In this document: positions 28,529 through 37,998 of the stretch, in pieces
How positions within the stretch are numbered: the first letter of the stretch is position 1
Layout of the letters: the number at the start of each line of letters is the position of its first letter
Assembly (NCBI GenBank): GCA_049968235.1
Contig: JBMFRC010000024.1
Span: 1-43,071, forward strand
Direction of reading: 5' to 3'
Source of the DNA: Candidatus Hydrogenedens sp.
GTDB lineage: Bacteria; Hydrogenedentota; Hydrogenedentia; Hydrogenedentales; Hydrogenedentaceae
DNA: 43,071 nt
Notes under the pieces: model-generated
Database searches by the model: none
What the model was told of the DNA's origin: nothing
The model's input: the letters and a program-made list of their open reading frames with translations, nothing else
Made by a program: the position numbers and the translations under genes

Positions 28529-30070
28529 TTACTCTATCGTGGTGTCATGGCTGGTGTGGAAAAAATTGAAGATATTAATAATTCTGAAATCAATGAATCG
28601 AGGTAGGGTCTTTATGAAACCGAATATTGAGTAATGATTAAATTTCAGAAGTATCCATAGGAAAACAATTGGTTTTATTAGAAAGAAACCTGTATATTTG
28701 AATAATAGAAATAGAATATGAGTGGAATAACTATCGGGGTTTTTCTGATATTGTTTAATAAGAAGTTCAATTATTCCAGATGGATAAATGGTAGCTAGAT
28801 GTTTTAAAAGATTTACCTTTGTCGGAGAAGGAATTAGAAAGTCTTTTTCCGTATCGTCATGTAAAAATTCGGGGTTTTCTTTTTTAACTCGCTCTCGCAA
28901 ATCTGTTCCCTCATAAAGAGTTAGGGAGAATAACAGGAAAAAGTAAGGCTTGGGAATTTGCGACAATGTTCGTATGGTCTCTAACTTGTCCTCTTCGGTT
29001 TCATAAGGGTTATCACAGATAATATCATAATAAGGGACCACAGGATATTTATTCACAATTTTTGTAACATTTAAAAATTGCTCTTTTTTTATCACACGAT
29101 TATATATGTCATGGCTAATTCGTTCACAGCCACTTTGTAATCCTATGTGAATTGCAGATAAGCCTGCATCAACAGCCAATTTTAGTTTATCTTCAGTAAT
29201 AAAATTCGGAGTGCTTAAAATAATAAATGGTTTGTTTACTCTTTCTTTGTATAAAGCAAACAATTTTTCTATTGTCTCTTTCTTTTGGGCGAAAAAATTA
29301 TCATCCTGCATAGAGATAAATAATAAGGGAATATCTTCCGAGACACCTGCACAGATTTCATCAATAATATGCTCAGGTGAAGTCCATCGCAATGACCAAT
29401 CCGGATATAATTTATCAAAAAATGAATTTAGACAATAACTACAACGGAAAGGACACCCTCGCGAACTCACAATACGATAAATACCACCTCGAAAAGCACT
29501 ATATCTCATATATAATTTTCGGTCTAAAATTTGTACTTTATCATTAAAAAGGATATAGGCATTTCTTGCCAATCGGGGGACAAATGGGAGTTGATTTAAA
29601 TCCTGTATTAAAGGATTTAATGGATTTTGTATTATCTCGTCTTTCTCCATCCATGACATATTATTAATAGTTTTTAACGATTTTCCCTCGCAAATAGCAT
29701 TACATATATCAATAACTGTTTTCTCCGCTTCTCCAATACAAACAAAGTCCGCATATTTCGTGCAACGAATAGGGTCGGCTGTCGCTTGCACACCGCCCCA
29801 GATTATTGGAATGTTGAAACTTTGTTTCAAATAAACGGTTATATCCCTTGCAGAACTAAATTCGGAAGCAGTCAAACTAATGCCAATCCATGCAGGGTTA
29901 TAATCTTTGATAAAATCTTTCAATGCTTTCAGCATTCGATTATTATTCGGTTGAAACCGATTAATATATAACAGCCCCGATTCATGACCATTGTCCAGGA
30001 GAATCTGGTGTAAAAGTTTCAGTCCTAGTATATTTAAATTTTTCTGTAAGGATAATAATAAAACACGCAT
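28529..30070 (-). CDS. B12-binding (class B) radical SAM protein
   Basis: 513 aa. The N-terminal cobalamin-binding Rossmann region is RVLLLSLQKNLNILGLKLLHQILLDNGHE. The radical SAM motif is CPFRCSYC (CX3CX2C). The stop is 9 nt from the convergent truA stop. Confidence 0.75.
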   Translation of the reverse strand: MRVLLLSLQKNLNILGLKLLHQILLDNGHESGLLYINRFQPNNNRMLKALKDFIKDYNPAWIGISLTASEFSSARDITVYLKQSFNIPIIWGGVQATADPIRCTKYADFVCIGEAEKTVIDICNAICEGKSLKTINNMSWMEKDEIIQNPLNPLIQDLNQLPFVPRLARNAYILFNDKVQILDRKLYMRYSAFRGGIYRIVSSRGCPFRCSYCLNSFFDKLYPDWSLRWTSPEHIIDEICAGVSEDIPLLFISMQDDNFFAQKKETIEKLFALYKERVNKPFIILSTPNFITEDKLKLAVDAGLSAIHIGLQSGCERISHDIYNRVIKKEQFLNVTKIVNKYPVVPYYDIICDNPYETEEDKLETIRTLSQIPKPYFFLLFSLTLYEGTDLRERVKKENPEFLHDDTEKDFLIPSPTKVNLLKHLATIYPSGIIELLIKQYQKNPDSYSTHILFLLFKYTGFFLIKPIVFLWILLKFNHYSIFGFIKTLPRFIDFRIINIFNFFHTSHDTTIE

Positions 30071-30152
30071 ACGAATTGTCTTATAAAAGAATTATCTAAA
30101 AAAACTTATATAATTATAACAATAACATACTATAACATACACTTAAAAACAC

Positions 30153-30180
30153 AGCCGTAACAGATTTCTCTGTTACGGCT
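30153..30180 (-). terminator. rho-independent terminator of the lipoprotein gene
   Basis: Perfect 11-bp inverted repeat AGCCGTAACAG/CTGTTACGGCT with a 6-nt loop. On the minus-strand transcript it is followed by GUGUUUUUAAG. It lies 35-60 nt downstream of the stop at 30215. Confidence 0.55.
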
Positions 30181-30214
30181 AATTATCTTATTCAAGGATG
30201 TGAATTACTAATCT

Positions 30215-31981
30215 TTAATTTGCCTTCGAGACAAAATAGGCTGTAACCTGTCCTTCCAACAAATTATTTTTCTTTTCATTCATTATCCGTAATTCTTGAA
30301 TTTCTGACAGAACCTTTTCTACATCTCTTTGAGCACCGCCTAAATCCTGTCCCATAATACTCATCAATGGGAATATTGTATCTAACAATAATTTGCTCTG
30401 AATAGAGATAAGGTTATATCTTGGAATAGAAGGGTCCAATGCTGGTTTTAATCCTGCCATATAACCGGATGTTTGTTTATCAAGAACCATGTCTATCATT
30501 TTCTTTAAGACATCTGTGTTATTGCTGGCAATCACTTTATCTTCGACCATTACCAATGTAATTGGTATTGGTGATGGAACTGCTAGTTTTTTCAATGGAA
30601 TATCACGATAATTTTCATCGGACATGGATGGAATAAGCATATCCAATAATCCTTTCACTTGTTCTACATTCGAAGCCTGAATAATCACAATTAAAGCAGG
30701 GAAATCACCCATTGCAGATGTAATAGCTACACCCATTTCATTACCTAATAAGCCCATCGCAGATACGCCATATTGTAGTCCCTGAGCCACTTCTTTTTTA
30801 TTGCTCAACGCTTTTTTTACTTCTGGAAGTGCTGATTGATTCAGGTAGGTCTTATATTCATTAGTAAATTGCAGTAACAAAGTGGCTTGAGTATTATCGG
30901 GCAATATTTTAGGCAATTCCATCGGTTTGGCTTCTCCTAAAATACCTGCGGCTTTGGGTCGTTTTGATAAATCCATTAGGGTTCGTATCTCTAACTTCTC
31001 GCTCGGATTTAAGGAAAAACAAACATAGACCGGGTCCTGATATTCTGGGAGCATCTCAGACCAGGCACTTATTTTTAATTGTCCCATCAATGCATATGGT
31101 GAAGACTGCACTAATGTAGGCATAAGTTGATTTAATAAAGGAATTAGTTCCCTGTCTTTTACAAGCACAACACCTTCCGGATAAGGTGCGGTTGGAATAT
31201 CTACACCATAGCGAATAGCATAAGGGGACTTAAACCGATTCGCCACACCTTTGACCATAGAAGAGGAACCTACTGTTACATAATTTCCTCCAATAAAATA
31301 AGCATAAACGCCATAATCCATTATTTTGGCACCATCTACAATCACTTCTTGGGGTGCGATTGTATTGATTTCAGGGATTTCAATTACCAAATCTTTTAAA
31401 GATGTTTCTACCTTATCCGCATCCTTCACACCTAACATGACTGCCCAATTCGGCTGTTTTACCTGTTTCCAGTCTATCTTTTCTATATCTACTTTTTTAT
31501 CCGCGGTTTCTCCCTCAGGAGGAGTTAATAACGCCTGAATGCTATCAAACGATGGTTTAAAATCTAAAAAAGCACTTATAGGTTGGGTAATATCAAACCC
31601 TCTTGCTTCTGCTACTTCAATTAAACTCTTTGCTTCCGGGACATCCGCAAAATTGGCTAATTGCCTAATTTGATTTTGTAGCCAACCATCTACTTCATCG
31701 GCGGGATAGAATCGTTTTGCTGTTTGGGCAATCTTATCCAAACCATCCGCTAATGATGGTAAAGCAATGCTTAGTTGTGCATTTTCTGGTGTTAGTTTTA
31801 ATAATGAGGTTGTTGGAACACCTCCTTCTGCGGGTGGCAATGTCAACTCCTTAGGTTCAGGAGGTTTCGGTGGGGGTGTTTGTTCTGCAGGTCCACCACA
31901 ACCATAAAATACAAATAACCCGCTTACCAATAAAATGGCAAAGAAACCCAGTAATACTTTTTGCATAATTTTGCTTTTCAT
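30215..31981 (-). CDS. lipoprotein of unknown function
   Basis: 588 aa. Lipoprotein-like signal LVSGLFVFYGCGG followed by a Pro-rich linker (PPPKPPEPKELTLPP). No catalytic motif is recognised. Local nucleotide composition is visibly less AT-rich than the neighbouring genes. Confidence 0.5.
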   Translation of the reverse strand: MKSKIMQKVLLGFFAILLVSGLFVFYGCGGPAEQTPPPKPPEPKELTLPPAEGGVPTTSLLKLTPENAQLSIALPSLADGLDKIAQTAKRFYPADEVDGWLQNQIRQLANFADVPEAKSLIEVAEARGFDITQPISAFLDFKPSFDSIQALLTPPEGETADKKVDIEKIDWKQVKQPNWAVMLGVKDADKVETSLKDLVIEIPEINTIAPQEVIVDGAKIMDYGVYAYFIGGNYVTVGSSSMVKGVANRFKSPYAIRYGVDIPTAPYPEGVVLVKDRELIPLLNQLMPTLVQSSPYALMGQLKISAWSEMLPEYQDPVYVCFSLNPSEKLEIRTLMDLSKRPKAAGILGEAKPMELPKILPDNTQATLLLQFTNEYKTYLNQSALPEVKKALSNKKEVAQGLQYGVSAMGLLGNEMGVAITSAMGDFPALIVIIQASNVEQVKGLLDMLIPSMSDENYRDIPLKKLAVPSPIPITLVMVEDKVIASNNTDVLKKMIDMVLDKQTSGYMAGLKPALDPSIPRYNLISIQSKLLLDTIFPLMSIMGQDLGGAQRDVEKVLSEIQELRIMNEKKNNLLEGQVTAYFVSKAN

Positions 31982-32081
31982 AAATTTTTCCTTATCATTA
32001 ACATTTTAGTTATATTGAACTTACATAATGGATATACATTTGACAGCATATAGGATATAAAAGGTTTCATTCAACCTTAAA

Positions 32082-33428
32082 TTACAATTCTCTTTTATGA
32101 CCTCTCTTTTTTCTTCTAAAAAAAGTTTTATATTCAATTGGGTTCCATCCTGTCGTTTTTTTAAATTTATTAGATACCAATGAACCATACTTGATACCCA
32201 TACAATCACCGATTTCCGAAATATTTTTATCTGTATCTCGTAAAAATTCCGCTATTTTCTCTATCTGAATATAATTTAATAATTCTTCATAATTTATCCC
32301 AATATTTCTCTTAATCCAGTGACTTAACGCGGAAAATTCTATCTGCATTTCTTCTGCTATGGAGAATAAAGAACAATCGGACATAAGTTTTTTTTCAAGA
32401 ACAGACCAAAGTAAAGCGAATCTTTCTTTCTGATTTTTCCTTTTCACACCACAGGCCACTAAATTAAAAATGCTTTGTGTTAGTTTTTTTACAAATACCT
32501 TTAAAGTTTTGTCTTCAAGAAATAACTTCTCTTGCATTTCAAAAAAATTCTGCTTATTTAAAGATTCTTTTTGTGAACCTTCAATGAAAAGGGGACTTAG
32601 AATATTCATTACCCATGTGTATAGTAAAAATTTTGCTTCTTCTAAATTTTTTCTTTGAATATTTAGTTCATCTCCCTTTCCTTCTAAAATAAATTCCATA
32701 AACTGTCTATTTTCCATCTGTACTGAAATAAACAGCATTTGCTTTCTTACTTTGTCAAATTTCTCAAAACATTGATTTATATCTTTAAAATCTTCTTTTT
32801 TCTTTTCTTCTTGATATTTCCTATCACTCATTTCGGATTGTTTGTAATTATCTTCTTGAGATAAATGATACCAAGAAGATTGAAAACCTTCCTGTGTCCA
32901 GAGCATCAATTCTTTTACAGAATCTACAGAATGATATAGGGGAAGTTTCAAGAATTTCATCTCGTCCTCAGGGATATGCAATTTTAATTCCTTGAGGCTA
33001 TTAACTACATTGAAATATAAGACATCTGCTGTTTCCTCTATATAAAAAGGACCTACTGTTAAAACGATGTTATAATGTTGAAAATCTGCCAAATGAATAG
33101 AAACACAACTAAATCCGACATGACATTTATAAAACAGCGGAATTTCCAGATGGGTTGCTTGTTCTGCACATTTATATCTATCTACAAAACATTTTTTATC
33201 CCCCACCGGTTCTGATAAAACACGGGAACATATTGAATATTTTCTATCCGACCAGACTAAAAAATCCTGAACAGTATTCAGGTCCCAGATATGAACCGCA
33301 ACTGGTGAACGAAGAATATTGGAAATCCGCTGAAAAAGTGAAACAAAATCGGGGGTTAGAAGTCGCTTTTTAAGAACCTCTAAAATAATTCGATTAACGG
33401 TGTGGGATTCTTCTGATTGCTTATCCAT
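32082..33428 (-). CDS. AraC-family transcriptional regulator with an uncharacterised approx 330-aa N-terminal domain
   Basis: C-terminal AraC-type HTH (IAEFLRDTDKNISEIGDCMGIKYGSLVSNKFKKTTGWNPIEYK). The N-terminal domain has no recognised motif. The annotated start overlaps the upstream MBL gene by 49 nt. Confidence 0.6.
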   Translation of the reverse strand: MDKQSEESHTVNRIILEVLKKRLLTPDFVSLFQRISNILRSPVAVHIWDLNTVQDFLVWSDRKYSICSRVLSEPVGDKKCFVDRYKCAEQATHLEIPLFYKCHVGFSCVSIHLADFQHYNIVLTVGPFYIEETADVLYFNVVNSLKELKLHIPEDEMKFLKLPLYHSVDSVKELMLWTQEGFQSSWYHLSQEDNYKQSEMSDRKYQEEKKKEDFKDINQCFEKFDKVRKQMLFISVQMENRQFMEFILEGKGDELNIQRKNLEEAKFLLYTWVMNILSPLFIEGSQKESLNKQNFFEMQEKLFLEDKTLKVFVKKLTQSIFNLVACGVKRKNQKERFALLWSVLEKKLMSDCSLFSIAEEMQIEFSALSHWIKRNIGINYEELLNYIQIEKIAEFLRDTDKNISEIGDCMGIKYGSLVSNKFKKTTGWNPIEYKTFFRRKKRGHKREL

Positions 33429-34150
33429 AATTGAATATTTCTCTCCCCAATCGTTTGACGAACCAAGTGTTCTACCAACCCATGATGATTGTTATTTTCA
33501 CTTATATGAGCTAAAACAAGTGTGCGAAGTGCATCATCCATAACGGAAGAAAGTAGTTGTAACATCTGTTGATTAGACAAATGTCCAAACTTGCTCTGTA
33601 TCCGCTGTTTTATATGAGCAGGATATCCGCCACTCATTAACATATTCGGACAATAATTGGATTCAATTATTAGCCCATGGCAACCCTTCAATCTATTTAT
33701 AATCAATTTTGAGGGATAACCACAATCCGTAGCAAAACCAATTTTTGCTTTGTTATTAGAAACGACATAGTTTACCGGGTCTTTAGCATCGTGTGTTACT
33801 GCAAAGGATTGGATAATAAATTCTCCAAAATTTATACTATCCCCTGATTCAAAAAGTTCAACATTGTGATTATCGCTAATAATATCCTGCAAAGCGTTAT
33901 AGGTACCTCGTGTCATAAAAATAGGTATATTATATAAACTAATTAACCGCTTCAAGCCACAAATATGGTCAACATGTTCATGAGTAATAAAAACTGCTCC
34001 AATATCCTCCACAGTTCTCCCTATAATTTCCAGTCTTTTTTTTATTTGAGGCAAGCTAAATCCACAATCCAACAAAATAGATGTGTAGGAACCCTGTATA
34101 AAAGTTGCGTTCCCGGAACTGCCACTTCCTAAAACAGAAAAAGTTAACAT
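33380..34150 (-). CDS. MBL-fold metallo-hydrolase (YycJ/WalJ-like)
   Basis: N-terminal LGSGSSGNA and the HxHxDH motif (ITHEHVDHICGL). The start is set to the MLTFSV ATG at 34150; the track ORF starts 18 nt upstream. Confidence 0.7.
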   Translation of the reverse strand: MLTFSVLGSGSSGNATFIQGSYTSILLDCGFSLPQIKKRLEIIGRTVEDIGAVFITHEHVDHICGLKRLISLYNIPIFMTRGTYNALQDIISDNHNVELFESGDSINFGEFIIQSFAVTHDAKDPVNYVVSNNKAKIGFATDCGYPSKLIINRLKGCHGLIIESNYCPNMLMSGGYPAHIKQRIQSKFGHLSNQQMLQLLSSVMDDALRTLVLAHISENNNHHGLVEHLVRQTIGERNIQLWISNQKNPTPLIELF

Positions 34151-34289
34151 ATAAATACAAACCTTCAATATTTTTATCTTTTTACGAACTGAAAAAAACC
34201 TACTTCAAATGGTGGAATTGAAATATTTATTTTTCCAGGTTCTTTAGCCAGGTATTGTTTTCCATGAACTAATTCAATTACCTCTTTTC

Positions 34290-36125
34290 TTACGAAAAAG
34301 GTATTTTATATGTAATTGAACCTTCCCACGAGAAATCCTCATGATTTACAATAACAATTTTTTGATATTCATTATCCTCTGTAAACAACCATTCACAGGG
34401 AGGACCCGAAATTTCAAATGGCACAAGACTTGTAAAGAGGGTATCTAATAATTTAATAACAGCACCCATTAAAATACCCGAGCTCGTTTCAAACCATGGG
34501 GCAAGACTTATATATAAATTTCCTTTCCCCATTTGTGTGTGAGTAATCAAAGGGGCGTTTTTATTTGCCCATACTATTACTTCTGAATTTGAATCTACAT
34601 TTGCAGGGACAAAACGAAACGACTCGTTATTCCAGTCATCTTTTTGCCATTTCCAGCGATAACCTGTATGAAGTTCTGGAATCATTTGTATGCCTGTCCA
34701 ATCATGGTCTTCCGGTCTTATTACCCCTGCTGAAATTACAACAATCCCTCCATTACGAATATGTTTAATCAATTTTTGTTTTAACTCATCCTGTAATAGT
34801 AATGGACCTAAAACTACTACCACTTTATATGAATTTAGAACTTCATTTTCCACTTCTTCTGTAAACACATCAAAAATATCCCCCCAACGACTAACTCCCA
34901 TAGGACGATACGGCGAGATGTCTATATTATTTTCCCTTAAAAATTTATTCGCCTCTTTACGATTTTTGAACTTCCCGAATGGAATATATGCTTTACTATA
35001 AAATACATTCTGTGGTAAAGGAGCATAACGCGGAGTAACACATGATAGAGCAAATGGACTTGCCGGTGGGTCGTTATCTTCATAATTCCCAAATGGAAAT
35101 GGGTCCATTGCAAAATTACTTCCCGGGAAAATGGTTGTAAAAAAAACATCTATCCCTTTTTCCCCCGGGTTTCTTCTCAATCGAGCATAATTCCATGCAA
35201 ATTGCTGTGTCTCCCAATAAGGCGGAGTAATCCATCCATGGTTCGATGGGAGAATAACAGCAACAGGGACAATCGGAATTCCACGAGGTATTCTTTGTAT
35301 CCATCGCGAGAAATGTTCAAAATCATTCCCCAATCGGGATAATTTTCCATTGGGATAACAAAGCAAATCTCCACCTTCAATTGCCAGATAATCAGCTCCT
35401 GAGAAATATGAAATCATCCAGTTCCTTCGATGATACGAAGTAGATAAATCCTGGACACCTCCATAAAAGACACCCCACCAGAGAGAAAAATCAATCCCCC
35501 AGGAACATTTATATTGTTTTCCTGCACCACGGGTAAAGGCAATTCCGGTTTGGATATCATCTATATCATCATTGGTACGTTCTAACAAAACAGCATCTAA
35601 ACCAATTTTGGCATAGATATGTGAACTACTCGCAAAACCACATCTCACCCATTTGTGAATTCTTGAAGCATATTTCTGAATTTCTGCCAATCCTTCTCTT
35701 AAAAATCGTTCTAATCGTCTTTGAGCTTCATTGTAAGAATATGGGGGATATTCAAGAAAATTTCGTGAAAATCCAACTCCGGAAGAATCTTCCTCTGTAA
35801 AGCCTTCCCATATGAAATCATTTCCAAAAACTTCAAAGTATCCCTTAAGAGATTCTTCCGTTTGGGGAACATCCCTATTATTATCTTTGTAAAATCGTCT
35901 TCTCGTTTCTGGATGTGCCAAAAAGGGCGTAATAATAGGTTTTAATCCTTTATTCTTTAAATATTCAAGATGAAATTTATTTCTAATCGGGGCTGAGGCT
36001 AATCCCCAACACCAATTCCCCTGACCTATCCAGTCCCATGAAGCAGGGATGCTTCCTTCGCTTTCAGGGACAGAAGTTTCTATAATTATTTTTCCCGTTT
36101 GCGATTTCTGAAACATATTTTTCAT
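34290..36125 (-). CDS. large Trp-rich hypothetical protein (possible carbohydrate-active enzyme)
   Basis: 611 aa, an intact ORF with no signal peptide. Many conserved-looking aromatic and Trp residues suggest a sugar-binding or hydrolase fold, but no catalytic motif could be assigned. Confidence 0.4.
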   Translation of the reverse strand: MKNMFQKSQTGKIIIETSVPESEGSIPASWDWIGQGNWCWGLASAPIRNKFHLEYLKNKGLKPIITPFLAHPETRRRFYKDNNRDVPQTEESLKGYFEVFGNDFIWEGFTEEDSSGVGFSRNFLEYPPYSYNEAQRRLERFLREGLAEIQKYASRIHKWVRCGFASSSHIYAKIGLDAVLLERTNDDIDDIQTGIAFTRGAGKQYKCSWGIDFSLWWGVFYGGVQDLSTSYHRRNWMISYFSGADYLAIEGGDLLCYPNGKLSRLGNDFEHFSRWIQRIPRGIPIVPVAVILPSNHGWITPPYWETQQFAWNYARLRRNPGEKGIDVFFTTIFPGSNFAMDPFPFGNYEDNDPPASPFALSCVTPRYAPLPQNVFYSKAYIPFGKFKNRKEANKFLRENNIDISPYRPMGVSRWGDIFDVFTEEVENEVLNSYKVVVVLGPLLLQDELKQKLIKHIRNGGIVVISAGVIRPEDHDWTGIQMIPELHTGYRWKWQKDDWNNESFRFVPANVDSNSEVIVWANKNAPLITHTQMGKGNLYISLAPWFETSSGILMGAVIKLLDTLFTSLVPFEISGPPCEWLFTEDNEYQKIVIVNHEDFSWEGSITYKIPFS

Positions 36126-36235
36126 TCTAATTAAACTTCTTCTATGATTTTACAAATAAACCAATTTAAATTCTTGTTAAAATGCATAGAGAAATAATAA
36201 TTAACACATTAATTATACTAATAGGGATATTATAA

Positions 36236-37000
36236 ATGGAAATTATTGATGTCCATTGCCATTTGGAAGCAGAAGAATTTCGTGATGATTTAGAAGAAGT
36301 TGTAAACGATGCAAAATCTACGGGGATTATAAAAATGATTACTTCTTCTGTAACTCCCGAACAATGGGAAAAGTCATTGAGAATTTCCCAACAATATCCT
36401 GAAATTGAATGCACATGGGGTGTTCATCCCTGGTATGTAAAGGAAGAATATTTTAAGGATTTAAACCGTCTCCTAACTGATTCGGCAAATAAAATTGTAG
36501 CCATCGGTGAAATTGGTTTGGATTTGAAAATTGATAATCCCCCTTATGAATTACAAGAAAAATTTTTTATCCGTCAATTAGAAATTGCAAAAGAAATTAA
36601 TATTCCTGTAGTCATTCATTGTCGTGGGGCTTTTTCTCAACTTGCAGGAATTATAAATAAAATAGGTATGCCTGAACGAGGAGGGATTATCCACGCATTC
36701 AAAGGAAGTCCTGAAATAGTAGAACAATTAATTCCTCACAGAATCTTTTTCTCGTTGGGTTGCGGCATTACATATCGATATAGTTCTAAACGGGAAAAAG
36801 TTTTGAACCAAATTTATCCTGACCATTTATTGGTTGAGACAGATAGTCCAGATATTCCTCCTGCAAGACAATCGGGTATACGTAATGTTCCGTCTAATAT
36901 TATTCTTGTGCTTTCTGCACTCACCGGATATTTAAAAAACTCCGTATTAGAAATAGCAAAAAATACCACAAATAATGCAAAAAAAGTTTTTAATTTATAA
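36236..37000 (+). CDS. tatD: TatD-family metal-dependent hydrolase/DNase
   Basis: N-terminal IDVHCHLE, a GEIGLD motif and conserved His/Asp positions (IHCR, VETDSP). 254 aa. Confidence 0.85.
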   Translation: MEIIDVHCHLEAEEFRDDLEEVVNDAKSTGIIKMITSSVTPEQWEKSLRISQQYPEIECTWGVHPWYVKEEYFKDLNRLLTDSANKIVAIGEIGLDLKIDNPPYELQEKFFIRQLEIAKEINIPVVIHCRGAFSQLAGIINKIGMPERGGIIHAFKGSPEIVEQLIPHRIFFSLGCGITYRYSSKREKVLNQIYPDHLLVETDSPDIPPARQSGIRNVPSNIILVLSALTGYLKNSVLEIAKNTTNNAKKVFNL

Positions 37001-37116
37001 AAAAATTTAATAATAAAAAGAGAAAAAATACTATAATAATAAATATAAATGTATAAATTATTGAGATAAAACAACTTATAATTTTTATTATTTTTTTGTT
37101 TTAATCGATTTTTTAT

Positions 37117-37146
37117 TTGACTTTCAGGATTAAATATGGTATAAAT
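37117..37146 (+). promoter_or_regulatory. near-consensus sigma-70 promoter
   Basis: TTGACT (37117-37122), a 17-nt spacer and TATAAA(T) (37140-37146). It lies in a 290-bp ORF-free AT-rich region and would give a leader of about 145 nt before the small ORF at 37299. Confidence 0.4.
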
Positions 37147-37298
37147 ATATAAACAAACTGATGGACCTGTATAATCAACAAGGTAGTGAGGTTCGTTTTA
37201 TATAAACTCAAAAATAAAAAATTTTTTAAGACTTTTTTTCGTTTACATTATATAATAATATTAAACCTTAACTTTTATGAGAAAGCGAGGTGAATACA

Positions 37299-37508
37299 AT
37301 GAAACGCTGTGCTCTTTGTAACGAGTACATAGAGGACATTGAGTTTCAGTTTGATGAGGCTGTGGAAATAGAAGGAGAATACTGGCATGTCGGATGCTAT
37401 GAAGAGTATTTTGGAGAAATGCCAGAAATGACTACTTCCACTACAGCAACTCCTGCGTATGGTTCCTTAAAAGCAAGCAATGTGTCCATTCAAAAACGGA
37501 ATTCATAA
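37299..37508 (+). CDS. small Cys/His-motif hypothetical protein
   Basis: 69 aa from the ATG at 37299 (MKRCALCNEY...HVGCYEEY). RBS GAGGTG 7 nt upstream. A CxxC...HxxC arrangement suggests a small zinc-binding fold. Ser/Thr-rich C-terminus. Confidence 0.35.
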   Translation: MKRCALCNEYIEDIEFQFDEAVEIEGEYWHVGCYEEYFGEMPEMTTSTTATPAYGSLKASNVSIQKRNS

Positions 37509-37551
37509 CAGGGAAAAATTTACAATTGAATTATCCTCTTGTGCTCTTAAC

Positions 37552-37640
37552 GGGAGTCTTGTTTGATAAGGGTTTTATAAACACCTTCTTCGGTCCTTAT
37601 ATATTTTATTATAACCCTGAACAAGGCTCCCTATTTTTTT
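37552..37640 (+). terminator. compound structured terminator-like RNA element
   Basis: 12-bp long-range stem GGGAGUCUUGUU (37552-37563) / AACAAGGCUCCC (37620-37631) with one G-U pair. It encloses about 56 nt that contain a nested hairpin AUAAGG (37566-37571) / CCUUAU (37595-37600). It is immediately followed by UAUUUUUUU (37632-37640). Confidence 0.4.
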
Positions 37641-37646
37641 ATCTAT

Positions 37647-37997
37647 ATGAATTATTTTAAAATTAAAAATAACAAAATATACTGTGAAGTAACCATAATG
37701 AAATCAAAAACTACATACAAATTTAAAGTTCACATATCTCCAAACGCTCATTTCAACTCCATCAAAGTAAAAGAAGATAGTACTTTACACATTTATGTAA
37801 ATGCTCCTCCTGAAAAAGGGAAAGCTAATGAAAAATTGATTGATATAATTGCAGATTGGTTAAAAATAAATAAAAAGGAAATACATATTGTTCAGGGCTT
37901 AACCAGCAAAATAAAATTATTAGAAATACCGGATGAATTTAAATTACAATTTTTCCATGAATTAAATGAACTTAAAAATAAACTGTGGAGAGAATAA
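37647..37997 (+). CDS. DUF167 (YggU/UPF0235) family protein
   Basis: Motifs HISPNAHFNSI, VNAPPEKGKANEKLIDIIADWL and IVQGLTSKIK match the DUF167 pattern (PnA...ApP.eGkAN...G.tSr.K). The true start may be the ATG at 37698. Confidence 0.65.
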   Translation: MNYFKIKNNKIYCEVTIMKSKTTYKFKVHISPNAHFNSIKVKEDSTLHIYVNAPPEKGKANEKLIDIIADWLKINKKEIHIVQGLTSKIKLLEIPDEFKLQFFHELNELKNKLWRE

Positions 37998-37998
37998 A

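Noticed and set aside
23446-30232. A shared 12-nt string GCCTTCGAGACA at the 3-prime ends of two minus-strand genes (near 23448 and 30221), considered as a possible repeat or regulatory motif
   Set aside because: A single 12-mer recurrence is expected many times by chance in 43 kb of AT-biased sequence on two strands. Both copies lie inside coding sequence with different reading contexts.
32082-33428. The 49-nt overlap between the AraC-family gene and the MBL gene, considered as evidence of a frameshifted pseudogene
   Set aside because: Both ORFs are full length with intact diagnostic motifs. The overlap is more simply explained by an alternative, possibly non-ATG, start for the regulator.
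36691-36699. The DnaA-box-like TTATCCACG inside tatD near an AT-rich region, considered as a replication origin signature
   Set aside because: It is a single imperfect box inside a coding region. No cluster of DnaA boxes and no dnaA/dnaN genes are present.
36814-37074. The 86-aa minus-strand ORF (MFYLNNLYIYIYYY...) in the AT-rich region after tatD
   Set aside because: Its composition is dominated by Phe/Tyr/Ile/Asn from AT-rich DNA, it overlaps the tatD 3-prime end, and it has no RBS. It is most likely a spurious ORF.
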